15,683 nucleotides of DNA from an uncultured bacterium (GTDB taxonomy: Bacteria > Krumholzibacteriota > Krumholzibacteriia > Krumholzibacteriales > Krumholzibacteriaceae): NCBI GenBank assembly GCA_965371515.1, contig CBDUYR010000058.1:1-15683 (forward strand). Reading direction: 5' to 3'. The position numbers and the translations under genes were made by a program. Every line of letters starts with the position of its first letter. Within the stretch, counting starts at the first letter, position 1. Under the pieces are notes generated by a model. That model was not told the DNA's origin. It ran no database searches and was given only the letters and a program-made list of their open reading frames with translations. This document shows, piece after piece, positions 13,383 to 15,683 of this stretch.

Positions 13383-15683
13383 ATGCAGACATGGAGATCC
13401 ATAACTGTCGCCGCCCTGGCACTCGCCATCCTGTCCACAGCGGCGCTTGCCGACGTGACCGTGACTTACAGGTTCGCCGATCCATCGATCGAGAGCGTCG
13501 ACGGCGGATTCTCGCGGATCGTCTTCCCCTCCACCATTCAGGCGGGAAAGGCTGGCGAGCCGAGTTTCCCGTTCAGGGGCGCAGCCGTGCTGCTCGCACC
13601 ATGTGAGGCTGCGGTCTCCATCCATGTCGAGAGGCGCGGCTGGAAGGTCATACCGCAGGCTGTGAGGCTCTATCCAAGGCAGGATCCTGTGCCGGCAAGC
13701 GATCCGCCGGAGAAACGCTTCCTCTACAGATCCGACGTCTACGCGCAGGACCGCTGGATCCACCCTCCCGCTCCGGAGTTCACGACCCGTTACCTGCGTG
13801 GGCACCCCATTGCTACGGGAAGCTTCTCCCCCGTCGGGCACAATCCCGCCACGGGAGAAGCTGGTTACTGGTCCGAGATCGAGATCACGATCGAGACGGG
13901 GACTTCGGCGGAATCAGCCGCCGCATCGAGGCTGCTGCGTCGCGACGCCGCGACCATTGCAAGGCTCGCCGCCCTCGTCGACAACACCGCAGCGCTGCCC
14001 GCTGTCGATGAATCTGCCGCTGCCGGTGACGGCTACGAATATCTCATCATCACACGCGAGAACTACGAGGACGACCTGGCGCCGTTGAGGGATTTCTACA
14101 ACAGGCGGGGATTCCTGACAGCGATCATGACCCTCGAAAACATCGATTTGAACTACTCGGGACTCGACCTCGCCGACAAGATACGCTGGGCGATTCTCGA
14201 CGCGTATATCTCCGAGAGGGTCACCCACGTCCTGCTCGCCGGCGATAGCGACAACGGGCTGTACGACATGCCGCACCGCGGACTTTACTGCACCGTTGAG
14301 TCATCCGTTCTCTACGAGGACGCCAATATCCCCGCCGATCTCTACTACGCTTCGCTCGACGGCAACTGGAATGCCGACGGCGACAACCTCTGGGGCGAGC
14401 CCGGCGAGGAGGACTTCTACTCCGATGTCGCCGTGGGCAGGATCACCTTCAACAACGAGGCGGAGGCGGCGGCGATAATCAACAAGGTTACGATGTACCA
14501 GGAATCCCCCGTCGTATCGCAGTGCGACAACGCACTGATGCTCGGCGAACTTTGCTGTTCCGACCCCCTGACATACGGCGGCGACGAATTGGACCAGCTT
14601 ATCGGCACCTGGGATATCCACGGCTTTACGACAACCGGCATCCCCGCCTCATTCGACATCACTAAACTCTACGACCGTGACATCACATACGACAAACTGG
14701 ACATCTACGCCGCGATCAACGCCGGCTCACATCTCGTCTGCCACGCGGGGCATTCAAGCTACAACTATGTGATGAAGATGTATAACGGCAACATCCTGAC
14801 GGAGAACTTCACCAACGACGGCGTCACGGCGAATTTCCTCGTAATCAACTCGTACGGGTGCAACGCAGGAGGATTCGACTTCAATGACTGCATTGCCGAG
14901 GAGATGCTCGCCCTGGCGACCTGCGCGTCGGCCTACGTCGGCAACTCGCGCTACGGGTGGTTCACCGAGGGAACGACGAACGGTCCCTCCCATCACTTTC
15001 AGCGCGAGTTCTTCGACGCGATATTCACCGAGGGGATTACCACCCTCGGCGAGGCGAACGTGCGGTCGAAGAACGAGACGGTACCGTTCATAGACCTTCC
15101 GGACGAATACGAGCCCGGCGCCCACCGCTGGTGTTTCTACAGCCTCAACGTGCTCGGCGATCCTGCGATGGACATATGGACCGGGCAGCCCGCGGCGATC
15201 GCGGCGACCCACGAGCCCGGCATCGACCGCGACGCGCTCGATTTCACCGTCGAGACCAACGCCCCCGGCTCGGTCGGCTCGCTCTACGAAGACGGCACCT
15301 GCTTCGGTACGGGGACAGCCGCATATAACGGGCTCATCACCATTTCGCTCTTCGATACGATCCCGGGGATGATCGATTCACTCGATGTGACCGTCACCGG
15401 ACACGACAGGCTGGTATACAGGTCGCGAATAGCCGTCACGGATTACTCCGGGGCCGAGGACCGCACACCGCGCCTCGCTCTCTTCCAGAACACGCCCAAC
15501 CCGTTCAACCCCACCACGACGATCCATTTCACGCTAGGCAGGGCGGGGCATGTCGACCTTCGCGCCTACGACGTCACCGGCCGCGAGGTCGCCGTCCTCG
15601 CAACCGGCACGATGGAGGCCGGTGCCCACGAGATAGCCTGGAACGCCCCTGGCCTCTCGAGCGGCGTCTACTTCTACGTCCTG
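13383..15683 (+). CDS. Gingipain-like C25 cysteine peptidase with propeptide, catalytic domain, Ig-like domain and FlgD-Ig/T9SS-type CTD; stop codon lies outside the window
   Basis: Hand translation, open for 767 codons. Signal MQTWRSITVAALALAILSTAALA; propeptide GEPSFP. Catalytic-domain motifs YEYLIIT, HVLLAGD, PADLYYASLDGNWNADGD, VAVGRI, CHAGHS (His), SYGCNAGGFD (Cys), GNSRYGW, NVLGDP. CTD LFQNTPNPFNP..SGVYFY. Confidence 0.92.
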   Translation, partial: MQTWRSITVAALALAILSTAALADVTVTYRFADPSIESVDGGFSRIVFPSTIQAGKAGEPSFPFRGAAVLLAPCEAAVSIHVERRGWKVIPQAVRLYPRQDPVPASDPPEKRFLYRSDVYAQDRWIHPPAPEFTTRYLRGHPIATGSFSPVGHNPATGEAGYWSEIEITIETGTSAESAAASRLLRRDAATIARLAALVDNTAALPAVDESAAAGDGYEYLIITRENYEDDLAPLRDFYNRRGFLTAIMTLENIDLNYSGLDLADKIRWAILDAYISERVTHVLLAGDSDNGLYDMPHRGLYCTVESSVLYEDANIPADLYYASLDGNWNADGDNLWGEPGEEDFYSDVAVGRITFNNEAEAAAIINKVTMYQESPVVSQCDNALMLGELCCSDPLTYGGDELDQLIGTWDIHGFTTTGIPASFDITKLYDRDITYDKLDIYAAINAGSHLVCHAGHSSYNYVMKMYNGNILTENFTNDGVTANFLVINSYGCNAGGFDFNDCIAEEMLALATCASAYVGNSRYGWFTEGTTNGPSHHFQREFFDAIFTEGITTLGEANVRSKNETVPFIDLPDEYEPGAHRWCFYSLNVLGDPAMDIWTGQPAAIAATHEPGIDRDALDFTVETNAPGSVGSLYEDGTCFGTGTAAYNGLITISLFDTIPGMIDSLDVTVTGHDRLVYRSRIAVTDYSGAEDRTPRLALFQNTPNPFNPTTTIHFTLGRAGHVDLRAYDVTGREVAVLATGTMEAGAHEIAWNAPGLSSGVYFYVL

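Noticed and set aside
13377..15328. Short ORFs in the last 2.3 kb suggesting a fragmented or recoded region
   Set aside because: One uninterrupted plus-strand frame (13383 onward) explains the region; no in-frame stop, frameshift or selenocysteine recoding is needed

Overview
GC-rich bacterial chromosomal window with about 10 clear protein-coding genes and no mobile element, CRISPR array, rRNA or tRNA. Two long genes run off the window edges and are missing from the ORF track, so I translated them by hand: a secreted arylsulfate sulfotransferase (minus, <1..2388) and a gingipain-like C25 cysteine peptidase (plus, 13383..>15683). These two and a 715-aa multidomain secreted protein carry an NxPNPFNP FlgD-Ig/T9SS-type C-terminal domain, suggesting an FCB-related lineage such as Krumholzibacteriota/Latescibacterota (inference). 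Other genes: an HEGYPGHH zinc-metallopeptidase-like lipoprotein, a YbjT-like SDR/DUF2867 protein, an MFSD1-like MFS transporter, a small secreted protein, an EF-Tu-domain-II-like small protein, an alginate-export-family outer-membrane barrel and a class I SAM methyltransferase. The most interesting signals are (1) a promoter-bounded two-hairpin candidate sRNA at ~12397-12490; (2) a ~100-aa domain present both inside the sulfotransferase and as a stand-alone secreted protein behind a sigma54-type promoter with candidate IHF and activator sites; (3) a leaderless 16-codon uORF coupled by ATGA overlap to the methyltransferase. No complete new system can be demonstrated from sequence alone.
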